Shown piece after piece: positions 1 to 12,679 of a DNA stretch of 63,918 bases. The translations under genes were made by a program, and so were the position numbers. Origin of the DNA: Octopus bimaculoides. Taxonomy: Eukaryota. The stretch is from NCBI RefSeq assembly GCF_001194135.2, contig NC_068994.1, forward strand, positions 37,143,409-37,207,326, given 5' to 3'. How positions within the stretch are numbered: position 1 is the stretch's first letter; the number at the start of each line of letters is the position of its first letter. The notes under the pieces are model-generated. The model did not search any database and was not told the origin of the DNA. It saw nothing but the letters and a program-made list of their open reading frames with translations.

Positions 1-55
<55 letters not shown>

Positions 56-629
56 CCATATGGTGTATATTGTATATATATGTACTGTATATACATACAC
101 ACATATATATGGTTTATTTTGTGTATTTTTTTTATTACTTTCTTTTAAGCGAGCTTTACTTTCTCAGCATCAAAATAATTAGATCCAAATTGAGGATTGA
201 TAAAAAAAAAATAATAAACACCATTCTAGAATATTGCATCTTAAAAATCCTTCAAGCACAAACAGAGTCAAAAATAAGCAGTAAATGAACAAAGTGTAAG
301 GCAATGTAGCTTCAAATAGATATAGCATAACAGATTGCTACAATAAGGAATGATTGACAGTTTAGAAATAAATATATAAAAACTTTTATTTATAAATTTG
401 AATGATATTCTTTATTTTTTCTTTGTTTGTTTGTTTCTTCATCTTCCAAGTGATCATATGATAAAGAAAATTATCAGTTATTTTTAATATCGATTTCAGT
501 TCATGTACATCTGAATATGGTTATTTTATTTGTTGCTGCTGTTTTATGAAAAGAAATGACATTAAAATCAAGATATTTTGATTGTGACATGTATCATAAA
601 TGCTATTCCATAGATTTTATTTTGCAGGA

Positions 630-1320
630 GTTGTTATCGATCTATTATTTGCAGCTTTCCCTCTACCCTTTCAAATTTATCCACCGCACTGCTTTTGCTG
701 ATATTGTCCGCTAGTTTGTTCTGCATCACCGCCTTCAGTTTGAACGATTCTTGCAGAACACTTTTACTTGCATGGACTTGGAAAATAATCCCCTCTCCCA
801 TTTGCTCTCACGCTAATCTGGTGCCTAATCTCCTGGAAGAGGCTTGCATTGAGTCTTGAGACATTATTCAGAGTCTAACAGACTCCAATAGCAACTCCCC
901 AGCTGCAGCAGTCAGGCAAAGATGGCAGTTGGCATATTCTGAAGTGCACAGCTCATCATGAGGTTTAGATTTGATTCCATACAGTTGAACTGCTTCCAAG
1001 GAATTTACATTTTTTGCCAGATTTTGTTACCATGCTGCTTCTGCATATTCTAAATGTGAATGTATCTAGTTTTAATACAGACCAATTGATATATCTTTCT
1101 CTTGGCTGACCACTGCTGGACTCAACCAGCAGAGCATTTGATTGGCTTTGTTAATGGCGTAAATCCTCTTACCATTTGCCTTAGATCTCTTTCAATCAAT
1201 ACTATGAGGTCTTACCCTATATCACTGTCTTCTAGTGTCTTCTAATTGATTGCATTGAACACTAAGCTACATTTATTGAAAACTGCCACCTTCTATCCTG
1301 ATCAGAAACAGCATGGTTGA
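630..1320 (-). mobile_element. Decayed CR1/L2-type LINE, C-terminal part of reverse transcriptase
   Basis: Minus frame reads AINKANQMLCWLSPAVVSQEKDISIGLY*N*IHSHLEYAEAAW*QNLAKNVNSLEAVQ, matching the CR1-clade pattern KKANxxLG...LYxxLVRPHLEYxxxVWxP...LExVQ. Multiple stop codons. Confidence 0.75.
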
Positions 1321-1879
1321 TTTAAATACCACTGCTCCAGTAAAAGCCGTTCTAACTTTAGGTTAGGAAAGTAAATAATAATGCCAATATCTTTGCTATT
1401 TCATGTTTTCAATATTATTTTCCCTGATATCTATTTACATATAGACTTACGCAGATGAGTTAACATTCAAACTGGTTAACCTACTGACCTGAATATTCAG
1501 TTCAATATATTCTGAGTTATATATATATATATTTCATTTACCATGTTTAGTAATAGAATTCTTTGAAAATTAATATAATTTTCAGGAACATAAATTGAAA
1601 GTAGAGTATAAATTAGGTCAAAACACCAATGTTTTCATTTATTGTCTATAATTTTTTCCTTCTGTGAATTTGGAAAATTTTTTTGAAAGGATTGAGATTT
1701 CTATTTCATTTAATCTAAATAGTGTGGATGAGTTTTAGCTGTAAATAGTGACAGTCAGAAGAAGAACTACAACTAGAGAGAATGTGTAGAAGTTGAGAGA
1801 TGGCTGCATCAGTGCTAACTTCTGAATAATACTAGCAAAGGCTCATACAGTCACTGATAGCGTGTTTGTGTGTGTATTT

Positions 1880-2193
1880 GATAATGGTAATAATTACCAG
1901 CATCTTTGCCGTTGTTTTAATCCCAGATTTTTCATATTGGCATTAGTTGTGCTTCCAAACTTGTCATTCAGCTTCTGTAGCCTTTTATATTATGCATCCG
2001 CTGGTGAACTAAGACAGGGTAAAATACAAAAATCAAGATAAATGGTGATGGTCACCATTGGCAGCAATTTGTCAAAAGCAGAGTTTAGTAAATACAAGTG
2101 GCTTGAGGGATGAAGAATATACTGATTTGGACCCTTGTTGTCCTTCATATGAAATTGCAGAAGCTTTAACAAGGTTCTTGGGGCACAATACAT
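1880..2193 (-). mobile_element. Probable upstream RT fragment of the same CR1-type LINE
   Basis: Minus frame contains TIYLDF followed by YKRLQKL...QRQR, loosely resembling IYLDFxKAFD..HKRLLxKL...RRQRV. Same strand and collinear with 630-1320. Confidence 0.4.
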
Positions 2194-2268
2194 TTAGAAT
2201 AATAGAGACTTAAAGATAACTTCTGTAGAGCAGAAAAATGGCATGGTTTTTATATACATTATAGTAAT

Positions 2269-2324
<56 letters not shown>

Positions 2325-2699
2325 TATATATTAAGAGATTGAGAGAGAGAGAGAGAGAGAATTCTCATGGGTATATAGAAACCATGGTGTGTGTTTTTCT
2401 GCTCAGCAGAAGTTGTATAATACAGATAAATTGAATTACTCTCTCTCTTTCTAGTGACTCTAATTTGACAGAGGTATTTCTCTTTAGTAAAAATTAAGCA
2501 ATAAGATTCTTATTTCTGAGCTTTTCACTTTTTAGAACAAAATATAGCTCCACTTTTTAAAAAATTCTGTTTATCTTTATTTTTTGCTTCCCATGAAATC
2601 AATCAATGATCAATAATATCAGCCACTACTTCTCCATTGCTGAGTTGTATTTTGTATTTCTTAATAAGTTTTAGTTCTTGAATTTTCAATATCCAATTT

Positions 2700-2875
2700 T
2701 GTCAAATCTATCCAAATCCATCCTGCAATTTTGTTCAATGTCATCCTTGCTTTCTGTTATAGTCTCTTGGAATCCAATCTGTTAGCTTCCATTTGCATAT
2801 ACCATCAAACATCCATTTCAGTGCTTTTATAAAGTCCAGAATGTCATTTAGTTTTGTTTTCTTTTCTTGAATCAA
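2700..2875 (-). mobile_element. Decayed RTE-type LINE C-terminal fragment
   Basis: Reads DFIKALKWMFDGICKWKLTDWIPRDYNRKQG then DDIEQ, resembling the RTE tail KWxWAGH...TEWxPRxxKRxxGRP..RWxDDI. Confidence 0.6.
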
Positions 2876-2907
2876 TTTCATTCTTTTCATTGTTCTTCCA
2901 TACAAAG

Positions 2908-3292
2908 GTCGTTGGCACTCCGTCACTTACGATGTCGAGGGTTCCAGTTGATCCGATCAACTGGAACAGCCTGCTCGTGAAATTAATGTGCAAGTGGCTG
3001 AGCACTCCACAGACACGTGTACCCTTAACGCAGTTCTCGGGGATATTCAGCGTGACACAGTGTGTGACAAGGCTGAACCTTTGAATTACAGGCACAACAG
3101 AAACAGGAAGTAAGAGTGAGAGAAAGTTGTGGTGAAAGAGTACAGCAGGGTTCACCACCATCCCCTGCCAGAGCCTCGTGGAGCTTTAGGTGTTTTCGCT
3201 CAATAAACACTCACAACGCCCGGTCTGGGAATTGAAACTGTGATCCTATGACCACGAGTCAGCTGCCCTAACCACTGGGCCATTGCGCCTCC
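2908..3292 (-). mobile_element. tRNA-derived SINE, family B, near full length
   Basis: Reverse complement starts GGAGGCGCAATGGCCCAGTGGTTAGGGCAGCTGAC (A box) ... GTTTCAATTCC (B box). Related heads recur at about 9830-9970, 23918-24095, 44985-45100, 45640-45745, 48280-48595 and 50390-50530. Confidence 0.85.
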
Positions 3293-3554
3293 CTTCCATA
3301 CAAAACCCACTCTACTTCTCAATATCTATAATTCTTTATAGGTTGACCATGAAGGCAGCAAGTTTGCAAAGTTCTAAGGATGTTGGATAAAACACCATGT
3401 GGTAGTTTACCAACTCTGAGTTTAAATCCTGCTGAAGTTAGCTTTGCTCTTGATTCTATTAGGCTGATAAAAATGTACAAATTCAGGACAGTGGAATGAT
3501 AGAAGTATAAAAGAGAGGTGGGTCAGATGCTTTGCAGTATCTGATTCAGTTCTA

Positions 3555-3770
3555 AGGCAGCAAGCTGGCAGAACCATTAGCACACCTGGCAAAATGCTTA
3601 GTGAGATTTCATCCATCTTTAGATTCTGAGTTCAAAGTCTACTGTGGTCGACTTTGCCTTTCATTCTTTCAAGGTCGATAAAATAAGTGCCAGTCGAGCA
3701 CTGGGATCAATGTAATTGACTTAGCCACTTTGCTGAACTTACTGGCCTTGTGCCAAAATTTGAAACTAAT
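3555..3770 (+). mobile_element. tRNA-derived SINE, family C
   Basis: GGCAGCAAGCTGGCAGAA...TTCTGAGTTCAAA...GTCGACTTTGCCTTTCAT...TAAGTGCCAG...GGCCTTGTGCCAAAATTTGAAAC; the motif chain recurs in more than 12 copies in the window. Confidence 0.8.
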
Positions 3771-3861
3771 ATCTATTCCAGTTCTTTGTATTCTGCAATG
3801 ACACTAATACCAAACTATATCCATCCAATTTAGAAGCCTTTCCCTTGGATAAACAACAGTG

Positions 3862-3935
<74 letters not shown>

Positions 3936-4504
3936 CAGACTTACATGCATGAACAACAGATAGTCTTCCTCCGAAATAAATCATATATAGGCCTGCACGT
4001 ACATGTACAAATATATGAACAACATTCACTGATGGGACTCTATGCAAATTAATCAAACATTTCTGTACTGTAGATACTATTTACTGTGACCAATAGATAG
4101 TATCAAAATGAGAAACCAATGGAAACAGTTACCTTGATTTGATAGGAAGATCAACTTCATTGCAATGATGACATGACAAGGAACATCATTTTCAAATACT
4201 CTGTGAAAGGAAGAGTCTTGCTACAATTCATTCATACTATTGTTTTTTTTTTATATGAAATCCGCATGTAATGAATGTTAAATTTCTGAACCTCATTTAC
4301 CCTGAGTAGATCTTATATAAATATGTTTAGAATTTATTCCTACACCTTTCTTTCGTGGCCTTACAGAATATAGTTACAGTTCAGTTGTTTGATTCTATAA
4401 AAATAGTTTACTTTAAGAGCTGAAAGAATATAATTTAATGCTGTATATATATGAAAGAGCATCCACATCATAGATCAAAAGAAGGTTCTAAATTGATGAA
4501 GTAA

Positions 4505-4715
4505 CCTCTTATGGGCTGCTCGACTAGCTAGAAGCAACAGCTAAATTCTTTAAAACCACACTATCACCTCAATGAAACAACGTTAACCACATTGCATTAT
4601 ATAGTCTTAGATCACTTTTCCTGATCATAAAATTGGTCAGAATGGTAATGGCTAGATCACTTCAAATATAGGTCTACTTGATGAGAGCTGACTAGGGGCT
4701 GAACAACTATAACAG
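4505..4715 (+). repeat. Unclassified interspersed repeat (CTAG(C/A)..GCARC..AAAT family)
   Basis: The CTAGCTAGAAGCAACAGCTAAATT...ATAGGTCT...ACAAC chain recurs at about 51305-51505, 53295-53370 and, inverted, 55880-55955. Confidence 0.55.
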
Positions 4716-4954
4716 CAACAATGAGAGTAAGTCCCTGGCAAAGCATCTATTATACTGGCTAAGTTCTTGCTTGCACCATTTCCTTTTGATTCACTTATTC
4801 CTTGTACCTTCAAAATCCAACTAGATTCAATATCATGAAGAGGAAGGATCTTTCCTAGACTCGTTTGACCTTGAAATTCTATGCCAAGATGAAGACAAAA
4901 GCAATACCTTTAGCTGTGGCTCAGCATCATATTATACAATCTATTTGGTTCTTT

Positions 4955-5165
4955 TATTTACGTTTTATTTATTTTTATTTCAGTCATTGGACTGTAGCCA
5001 TACTTGGGCACCACTTTGAAAGGTTTAGTCAAATCAACCCCAGTATTTATTTTAAATCTGGTACTTATTCTAGTGGTCTCCTTTTGCTAAATTGCGAAGT
5101 TACAGGGATGTAAACAAACCAAGACAGGTAAGCTTAAGCACAATAATGTGTAGCATGTTAGTTAT
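4955..5165 (-). mobile_element. SINE family A, 3' partial copy
   Basis: TTTCAGTCATTGGACTGTAGCCATACTTGG..CACCACTTTGAA is the reverse complement of the family A 3' end. Confidence 0.7.
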
Positions 5166-5554
5166 GTCTATGCCCCTGCACACAATTTGTTCCTGGCAAA
5201 TTTCTCCCCCACAACTGATCTTTGTAGCATTGCCTTCCCTCCACCCATCTTCATCTCTCATTACATTCTCCTCAGCTCTAGTTCCCACTCTCCTTTCACA
5301 CTCTCATAAACTTACCTTCACTCAATCTGTGCCTGATGAATCTTCTTCCCCTTTCCCAACTTTTCAACTTGTATGTTAAAGCCTCACAATTATTCCTTTC
5401 ACCATCACATGACAAAGGCTGGATCCCAACGGCTAACCTACGCTTCAATGTGAGAAAATACTTCAAGTCCAACAGCTGTTGACTCTCTGAAATTTTATAT
5501 GAGGACAGCAATATTCTTCCCACACCTGAGACAGCAGTGTTGTTGCAGCACACA

Positions 5555-6427
5555 TATGAAGTGGTATCGAAAAGTTCCCAGCTTTAATAAAAATAGCTTA
5601 TTTAATATCATCTCCTTCCAAATAGTCACCTTGCACAACAATACACCGGTCCCAGCATTTGAAATCCGTGAGTTGAGGACTTTCTGCAGTTCACTCTTGA
5701 TTTTGACAACAGTGTTAAAATGGCGACCTTTGAGCAACATTTTCATCTTGGGGGAAGAGATGGTAGTTTGCACGTACTGAATCTGGCCAAATAGGGTGGG
5801 TGCAGTTGTGATACCATGTTGTGTTTGGTGAGAAGCTTATGAATATGGTGAGACTGGTGACAGGATGCATTGTCATCATGAAAATTCAATTCTTCATGCT
5901 TCACAGATCTGGTCATTTTCACCGAATGTCCTTCCTCAAACACTTCAAAACATCATTGTCTGTCCTCCAGCGATCCTCATGCACAATCTGATGAATTTTC
6001 ACCATATTTCTGGGGCTGATGCTCATGGCAGATCTTCCAGATCGCTCATTGTCTTTCAGAGATGCTCTTCTGCTTTTGAAGTGCCTGTGCCACATGAAAC
6101 ATTGCATACAACCCATTCCCTCATCACTGTAAGCTTACCAAAGCATGTTCAATGAATCTGTAACAGACTTCCTAGGTTTAATGCAAAATTTCACGTTGGC
6201 TCATTGTTTCAACTTCCTGTCTAAGACAAAAATCTAGTGTTCACATGATCACAAAAACACAAATTTCACAACTTGTAAAGTAAATGCAACACACAGACCA
6301 CATGAAGGCCATTTACCACACAACCTCATGAAGGTCACTGCTAGCTCTCACTATGCATGCAATCATGTGCTGCCATCTGTTGGTATGTTACAAGACTAGT
6401 CTGGGAACTTTCTGATTCCACCTTGTA
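5555..6427 (-). mobile_element. Mariner (Tc1/mariner) element, internally deleted, both TIRs and TA target duplication
   Basis: TIRs TA|TGAAGTGGTATCGAAAAGTTCCCAG and (reverse complement) TA|CAAGGTGGAATCAGAAAGTTCCCAG. Transposase remnants: QCFMWHRHFKSRRASLKDNERSGR, HDDNASCH, HPPY, KMLLKGRHF. Confidence 0.9.
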
Positions 6428-6996
6428 GACATTCTGAAGACTGCATTTCAACATAATCATCTGAATGACTGACATGAAATAACTCACCAAAGCATAATAA
6501 CGGCCGTCCTATCTCTCTTTGAGTAAGACTCAGTCCTCCATCTACATATAGGAAGGTCAGTGAATAAGAACTGACTTAGATGACAATGACCTTCTGCCTT
6601 GATGACCCATGTTAGCATAGAAATTGGAAGTAAAAGGACGGTGATGATAATGATAATAGTGGTGGTGGTGATAATGAATACAAGCATTTCTGCTTCTCAG
6701 AGCTGCCTCATCTTGTGCCACCTCAATTCAGGTGATGGTTTGACCCTTTCAAATATAGACATCCCCACCGCCACTAATAACCACCATTACTGACTTTCCC
6801 TTTCCAAAATGTCTTCCTTCTAGAATTCTATCATTGCTTATATATTTTTTTAATATATTTATTTATTTACTGTTATTTGTTTATTTTTCCTGACGTCAAC
6901 AGACTTGCAGTTATTCAAGAGCATATCCCATATGAGTCTCATCTGTCTTTAAAAAAAATGACCTTTCCCTAAGACAAAACTATTTAAAAAGTATAA

Positions 6997-7447
6997 GGGC
7001 AGGCATGGCTGTGCAGTAAGAAATTTGCTTCCTAACCACATGATTCCATGTTCAGCCCCACTGCATGGAACTAGGGTAAGTGTCTGGGCTGACCAAAACC
7101 TTGAGAGTGAACTTAGTAGATGGAATCTGAAAGGAGCTTGTCCTTTATATGTGTGTGTGTATATGATTGTGTGTGTATGATTGTGTGTGTATATGTGTGC
7201 ATGTGTGTGCATATTGATGTGTCTTTGCTTTTGTGTTTGTGTTTGTACCCCACCACCTGCCTAACAACTGGCGTTGGTGTGTTTACATCCCATAGCTTGG
7301 CAGTTCAGCAAAAGAGGCCAATAAGATAAGTGTCAGACTTTACAAAAAACAATAATATGTACCAGGGTCGATTTGTTCAACTAAAATTCTTCAAGGTGCC
7401 CAAGCATGGCCACAGTCTAATGACTGAAACAAGTAAAAGATAAAAAA
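6997..7447 (+). mobile_element. SINE family A (tRNA-like head, internal (TG)n, AAGTAAAAGA tail)
   Basis: GCAGGCATGGCTGTGCAGTAAG...GTTCAGCCCCACTGC...(TG)n...CATGGCCACAGTCTAATGACTGAAACAAGTAAAAGA. Confidence 0.85.
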
Positions 7448-9567
7448 TAAAGAAATAAAAAAATATAATAACATGGAACAGTCATTCAAAAATAGAAGAC
7501 TATTAAATTTCATTATTGATCTCTATTTTATGATTATCTATGTATCTGTTGATTTGACCTCTCTGATAAAGATTGAGCTGAAATTGGTTTTACCTTATAA
7601 ATTGCCAAATTATTATTATTATTATTATAATTTTTATATTGACTACTACTACTGCTACTACTACTACTACTACTACTACTAACCACTGAAAGTACATCTC
7701 ATTGCAAAACTCATATCTGGAAAGGATCTGAAGTCAACAAAATATCTCATCTGTTAAACTACTTCTTAACTAAGTGTGAAAGTACAATTCTAGAAAATCT
7801 ATAAAATTCTTGCTAGATTATACGAAACAATAAATTCTATCTGCTGGGAGCCACCAACCAGTTTGATATTATTTCGGATACTAATACATCACAAAAGCAA
7901 CATCACAACTAGAAACTATTCAATATTACTTTATTCCAATACTTTTATTTCCCATTTATATAATTTTCTTAATTTTCCTTATTTACTTATAGTGTCACTG
8001 AAAGTCATCTTGTCATAGTTTGGTCTCTGTTAACCCTTTCATACCAATCATCTAAGATTGTATCTAGTTTTTAGTCTACAAAACATCTTGTTTTATAGTG
8101 TTTATATATTTGAATTGAAAAAAACCTTCCAATTTAATCTTTATTGCGCAGGAACTGAGTACTTGGTCCTGTGCATATGCATTTGTGATAGGGGAGCTGA
8201 GATGATCAATTTTTGATAATGTGGTACTTTCCGAAATTTTCCACATTTCATATGATTTAGAGTGCTCATTTTATTTTTACTCGCCAATAGAAAGAAGTTG
8301 GGAGAATTGATTTGTGTAGCATTAGCATGCTATATCAGCGGTAAAAATCTAACCAGTGCAGTGAAGGTTAATTTTAAGTAAGAAGCTTTTGTTGTGCTAT
8401 GTTCCAAACATTAGAAACAAAAAGGAAAAACTTTGTTCTTTTACTAAATCCTATCAGCTCCTTAATTATTTTCAAAATGAATTGGAAAGTGTAAGCTATG
8501 GAGTGAAGAAAAGAATAACTAAGTCTCTGGCTTGATTTCAATCAATTTTCTGGAACAACTTTAGTCAGGAAAGGCATGAACATCTCTCTGGCTCAATTTC
8601 AAACAATATTCTAAAACAATTTCATTCAGGAATGGTATGAACATCACACTTTTACACCTTATATCTACATTTACTTCTACCTGTATATTTCTCTGAGTCT
8701 TCATGTCAATGTATTATTTATTTATAATCATGCATACCTTAAATTCAACCCTTTCAAAGCTGTCTGCTGTTAACATGCTATCGTCTTCTGTTCCTTCCTC
8801 TCTCTCTCTTGTTATTGTGCTCATCCCTAATGACTATTGATTTATTCTCCAATTTTTTTTTTTTTTTTTTTTTTTTTTGCAAACATCTGGGTGTTAAATA
8901 TTTTATTCTTGCATGATGGTCATTAGTAATAATTGTTGTGGCTGAATGGTCAAAGTGATTGCCTCTTCCAACTAACTTAACCATGCTATCACATTTGTGA
9001 ACTAGAAAATTGGTTTTGCTGTCATTAATCATATTCTATTTCAATCCTTCATCATTGCTTTCTGTACATCTCTTAGCATATTTTGCAATTTAGTGAGCTA
9101 CTGGAACACCAGTGAAAAACTTCCTCTTCGTGAAGTGTACTTGGAGAAATTTATTCTGGACAGACTAACCCTCTCCATACTAAAAGAACACAATAATTTA
9201 TGTACATCTGTTTTCTTACTTTATGCAATGCCACACTTGTTTAAAGTAATAAATTGCACAGCTTACATGGTTTTAAAACTGGAACTAGAAGCACTAAGAG
9301 TTATATCTGGTGATGGACATGGCACAACACTTAGAATAAATTGTTACACAATTTGTAAGCTTTTATTAGTGTTGTACTAATAATGTATCATCATTATTAT
9401 TGCCACTGACACCACCACAACCACCACCACCGTCACCACCACCATCACTATCATCACCATAAATATCACCACCATCAACCACCACACAGCTGCCACTGCC
9501 ACCAACACAGCCACTATTGCCACCACCACTGCTACTGCTGCCATATATATGTGTGTGTAATTATACA

Positions 9568-9656
<89 letters not shown>

Positions 9657-9660
<4 letters not shown>

Positions 9661-9822
9661 CATCGTCATCATCATAATTTAATATCCATTGTCCATGCTG
9701 GCATGGGTTGGACGGTTTGATCAGGGCTGGTAAGCTGGAAGGCTGCACCAGACTCCTGTCTTATTTGGCATGGTTTTCTTCAGTTGGATGCCCTTCCTAA
9801 TGCCAACCACTCTGTCGCAGGA
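9657..9822 (-). mobile_element. SINE family D ((GAT)n-tailed) fragment
   Basis: (CAT)n TTTAA...CCATGCTGGCATGGGTTGGACGG...GGATGCCCTTCCTAATGCCAACCAC; recurs at about 16285, 16520, 40410, 42483, 48618, 55340, 61790 and 63625. Confidence 0.8.
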
Positions 9823-10899
9823 TTACTTATTTTTGCTAACTGAGTGAACTGGAGCAACGTGAAATGAAGTGTTTTGCTCAAGAATACAATGTGTCACCCA
9901 ATCCAGGAATTGAAACCACAATCTTAGGCTCATGAGCCCGGCACTCTAACCACTAAGCTATGTGCCTCCAAGATAAAATAAAGTACCAGTTAAGTACCAG
10001 TGTCAATGTAATTGAAAGGCTCTCTCTCTCTCTCCTCAGAATTGCTGGCATTGAATGCCGCAGTGAACTGGTATTCCATTCTGGAGAAATGTGATATTGG
10101 TCACTCTTATGTCATGAAAACTGTGTAACTAGTTTTATGTGTTCTGTGGCTCAAGAAAAATGAAGTAACAAATAAAATTTTCTATATGAAGACACTGTAT
10201 GAATATTTTATGGTAGTCAGTAGCAACAAAAGCGTTAATGTATTCCAATACAACATAGCTACAGGCTGCCCTTTGGCAAAGCATAGTACCCATTTATCTG
10301 CCCTACCAGAGATACCATGTAGTCATGAGAGTGCAGCACGATGGATTATGAAGAGGTAGTGGAAGAGCTCAACTGAGCCAACAGTGCTTCTTATATTGCT
10401 GCTGAGCAGAGGAATCCAAAATCAATGGTCAGGATCATCAAGCTCTATCAAGCAAGTAACTGCAATACATCCATAGTGGCAGTGTCCATGGTTGTGTAAT
10501 CAGCTAATGAAAGAGTCATTATGACCAAAGCTGCTAATTCAAATTCATAATAATGGAATTGGATTGTGACAGAAAGTCATGGGAATCTGCAGAAGCAGTG
10601 AGAAAAGTAGAAAATTGACAGTACCCTTTGAGTTCCTGAGAGTCTTTTGGGTCTTTAGAATGTTAGATAGATTACCTCATAATATATGTTCTGACACTCA
10701 ACACTCAGAGTTCAAATCCCTCCGAAGTCAACTTTTCCATCTTTTGAAGTCAATAAAAAGTTAGTCTAAGGCAGTGAACTGGAAGATTAGTAAAAGTTTC
10801 TGAAATATGCTTTGCAGTTATTTGCTCTGAGTTCAAATCCTGCCATAGTTGTAGACAATTTGGGGGGGTCTAGTTCCACCTTCTGGCTCTTTGGATTCC

Positions 10900-11489
10900 T
10901 TAACCCTTCATGGGCCAGCAGGGTCCCTTGGGACCCTAGCAAATTTTAAAAGTTACATACATCTCATGACTTTTATTGCCAGTAAGATTATGCATGCACA
11001 TACAAATTTTGAGTTAAAAATTTCCAGTCATCTGGATGTTATAGCATAAAATATGGTCATTGGGGTCCACCTGGACCCCATTGGCCTTCTGTGAAATTAT
11101 ATTTTTCCGGTTTTTTTTTTTCAGATATTCTGATGAGCTATATAAGTCAATTTTCTTTGGATTTGTACTGGTATGAATCGAGTTTTATTTTATATTTAGT
11201 GCTATATGTATTGCTTATAAAACTATAAGAAATGTTGATTTCTTTCAATAAAGGTTTTTTCAGTCAATAAATTATATTTTAATTCCCCTCTGTTAAACAC
11301 TAATAATTACAAATATGTACCTATAAAGTGCTAAGTTTCTTGTTCTGTATCATGCACTCACAAATATAGACAAGATTAAACAGATATTACTTTATGGATA
11401 GTGCAGAAATGTGCAAAAATGAAAGGGGATCCCTTGGGACCCCAATGGCTTTTGTGTAATTTCAACCCTGCTGGATCATGATGGGTTAA
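10900..11489. mobile_element. piggyBac-type MITE (582 bp) with TTAA target duplication
   Basis: TTAA|CCCTTCATGGGCCAGCAGGGT at the left; the right end reverse-complements to TTAA|CCCATCATGATCCAGCAGGGT. No ORF. Confidence 0.85.
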
Positions 11490-12135
11490 ATAAATAAAAT
11501 GCACTTAGTTGCAAGCATTTGAGCCAAATAACTGATTTGAAAATACTCTCCACCCATCTCCTAATAGTTCTTAAGGCCCTTTGAAGGGTACTGTATGTGC
11601 ACTGCCTTCTCTCTTGTCTGAAAGATAGCAAGAAATACTGTAATGTTAGCAATATGAAAATTTAACTTTCCTAGTGCAATTAGCCACCACCACCATATGA
11701 ATTACAAATACAGTCACATTTGATAATACAGATCTTTAACAAATTAAATGTAAGGCCTCACATTTTTGAGAAGAGAATAATTAATTGTGATGAACTTAAT
11801 TTTTGATTAGTTTATAAATTTATAGAATCCAGAAAGATGAAATGCAAAGTTGACCTTGACAGTGGTCTGCCAATTTTTCTATGACACTTTCTCATACCTT
11901 TTCTCTTATAATACAGCAGACATAGTCACCAGGCTATAAAGGCTAATACTCAGATAATTTTTATTATCCTTGCCAACTTTATCTCTCATCTAGTATCAAA
12001 AAATAACAATTGATAAAAATAAGCACAGAAGTTTTATGTAATAGACTATACATTAGACAGTACAGTGCCCCAGTGTGGGCATAGACCAAAGACTGAAGCC
12101 AGTAAAAGAATAATAAAATAAAATAATACATGTAA

Positions 12136-12168
<33 letters not shown>

Positions 12169-12440
12169 TACATGCACAAACACACAAACAGTCACACATC
12201 CAAATATAACATACATATATCTATATGTATATATATGCATGTATATGTATCTATGCCTGTCTCTGTCTCTCTCTGTCTCTGTCTCTGTCTTTGTCTGTCT
12301 GTCTGTCTGTCTCTGTCTGCCTATATGTCTGCCTGTCCGTCTGTCTGTCTCTCTCTCTGTATGTATATATCATCAGTAAATTACAAATCTAAAGGAGAAG
12401 CACACTCTAAGTTTTAGAGCAGTAGAGTATTTAGATAAAG

Positions 12441-12599
12441 ATAGATATGGCCGGTCTACAGGGTTAGCCTGGATTTCACATCCATAAAGCACTTAGGTTT
12501 ACAGCTTCAGACACATTGGCCTACCCGCTTAGGGTCTGAAGAAATGTTGTAAAGCTAAGCACTTTATGGACGCAAAACTCATAGACCAGCCATATCTAT
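12441..12599. mobile_element. Small foldback MITE-like element (about 150 bp)
   Basis: Outer inverted repeat ATAGATATGGCCGGTCTA / TAGACCAGCCATATCTAT; inner inverted repeat TCCATAAAGCACTTAGGTTTACA / TGTAAAGCTAAGCACTTTATGGA. Confidence 0.65.
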
Positions 12600-12636
12600 C
12601 TTTATCTATCTATCTATATATATATATATACATACA

Positions 12637-12678
<42 letters not shown>

Positions 12679-12679
<1 letters not shown>

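Noticed and set aside
629-860. Apparent splice acceptor and hydrophobic plus-strand open frame
   Set aside because: It is the antisense of the decayed CR1-type LINE.
3220-3292. tRNA-like sequence with A and B boxes (and similar heads elsewhere)
   Set aside because: These are SINE heads continuous with SINE bodies; no complete cloverleaf was found, so no tRNA gene is called.
11131-11190. CTGATGAG inside the piggyBac MITE
   Set aside because: No downstream stem II-GAAA arrangement.
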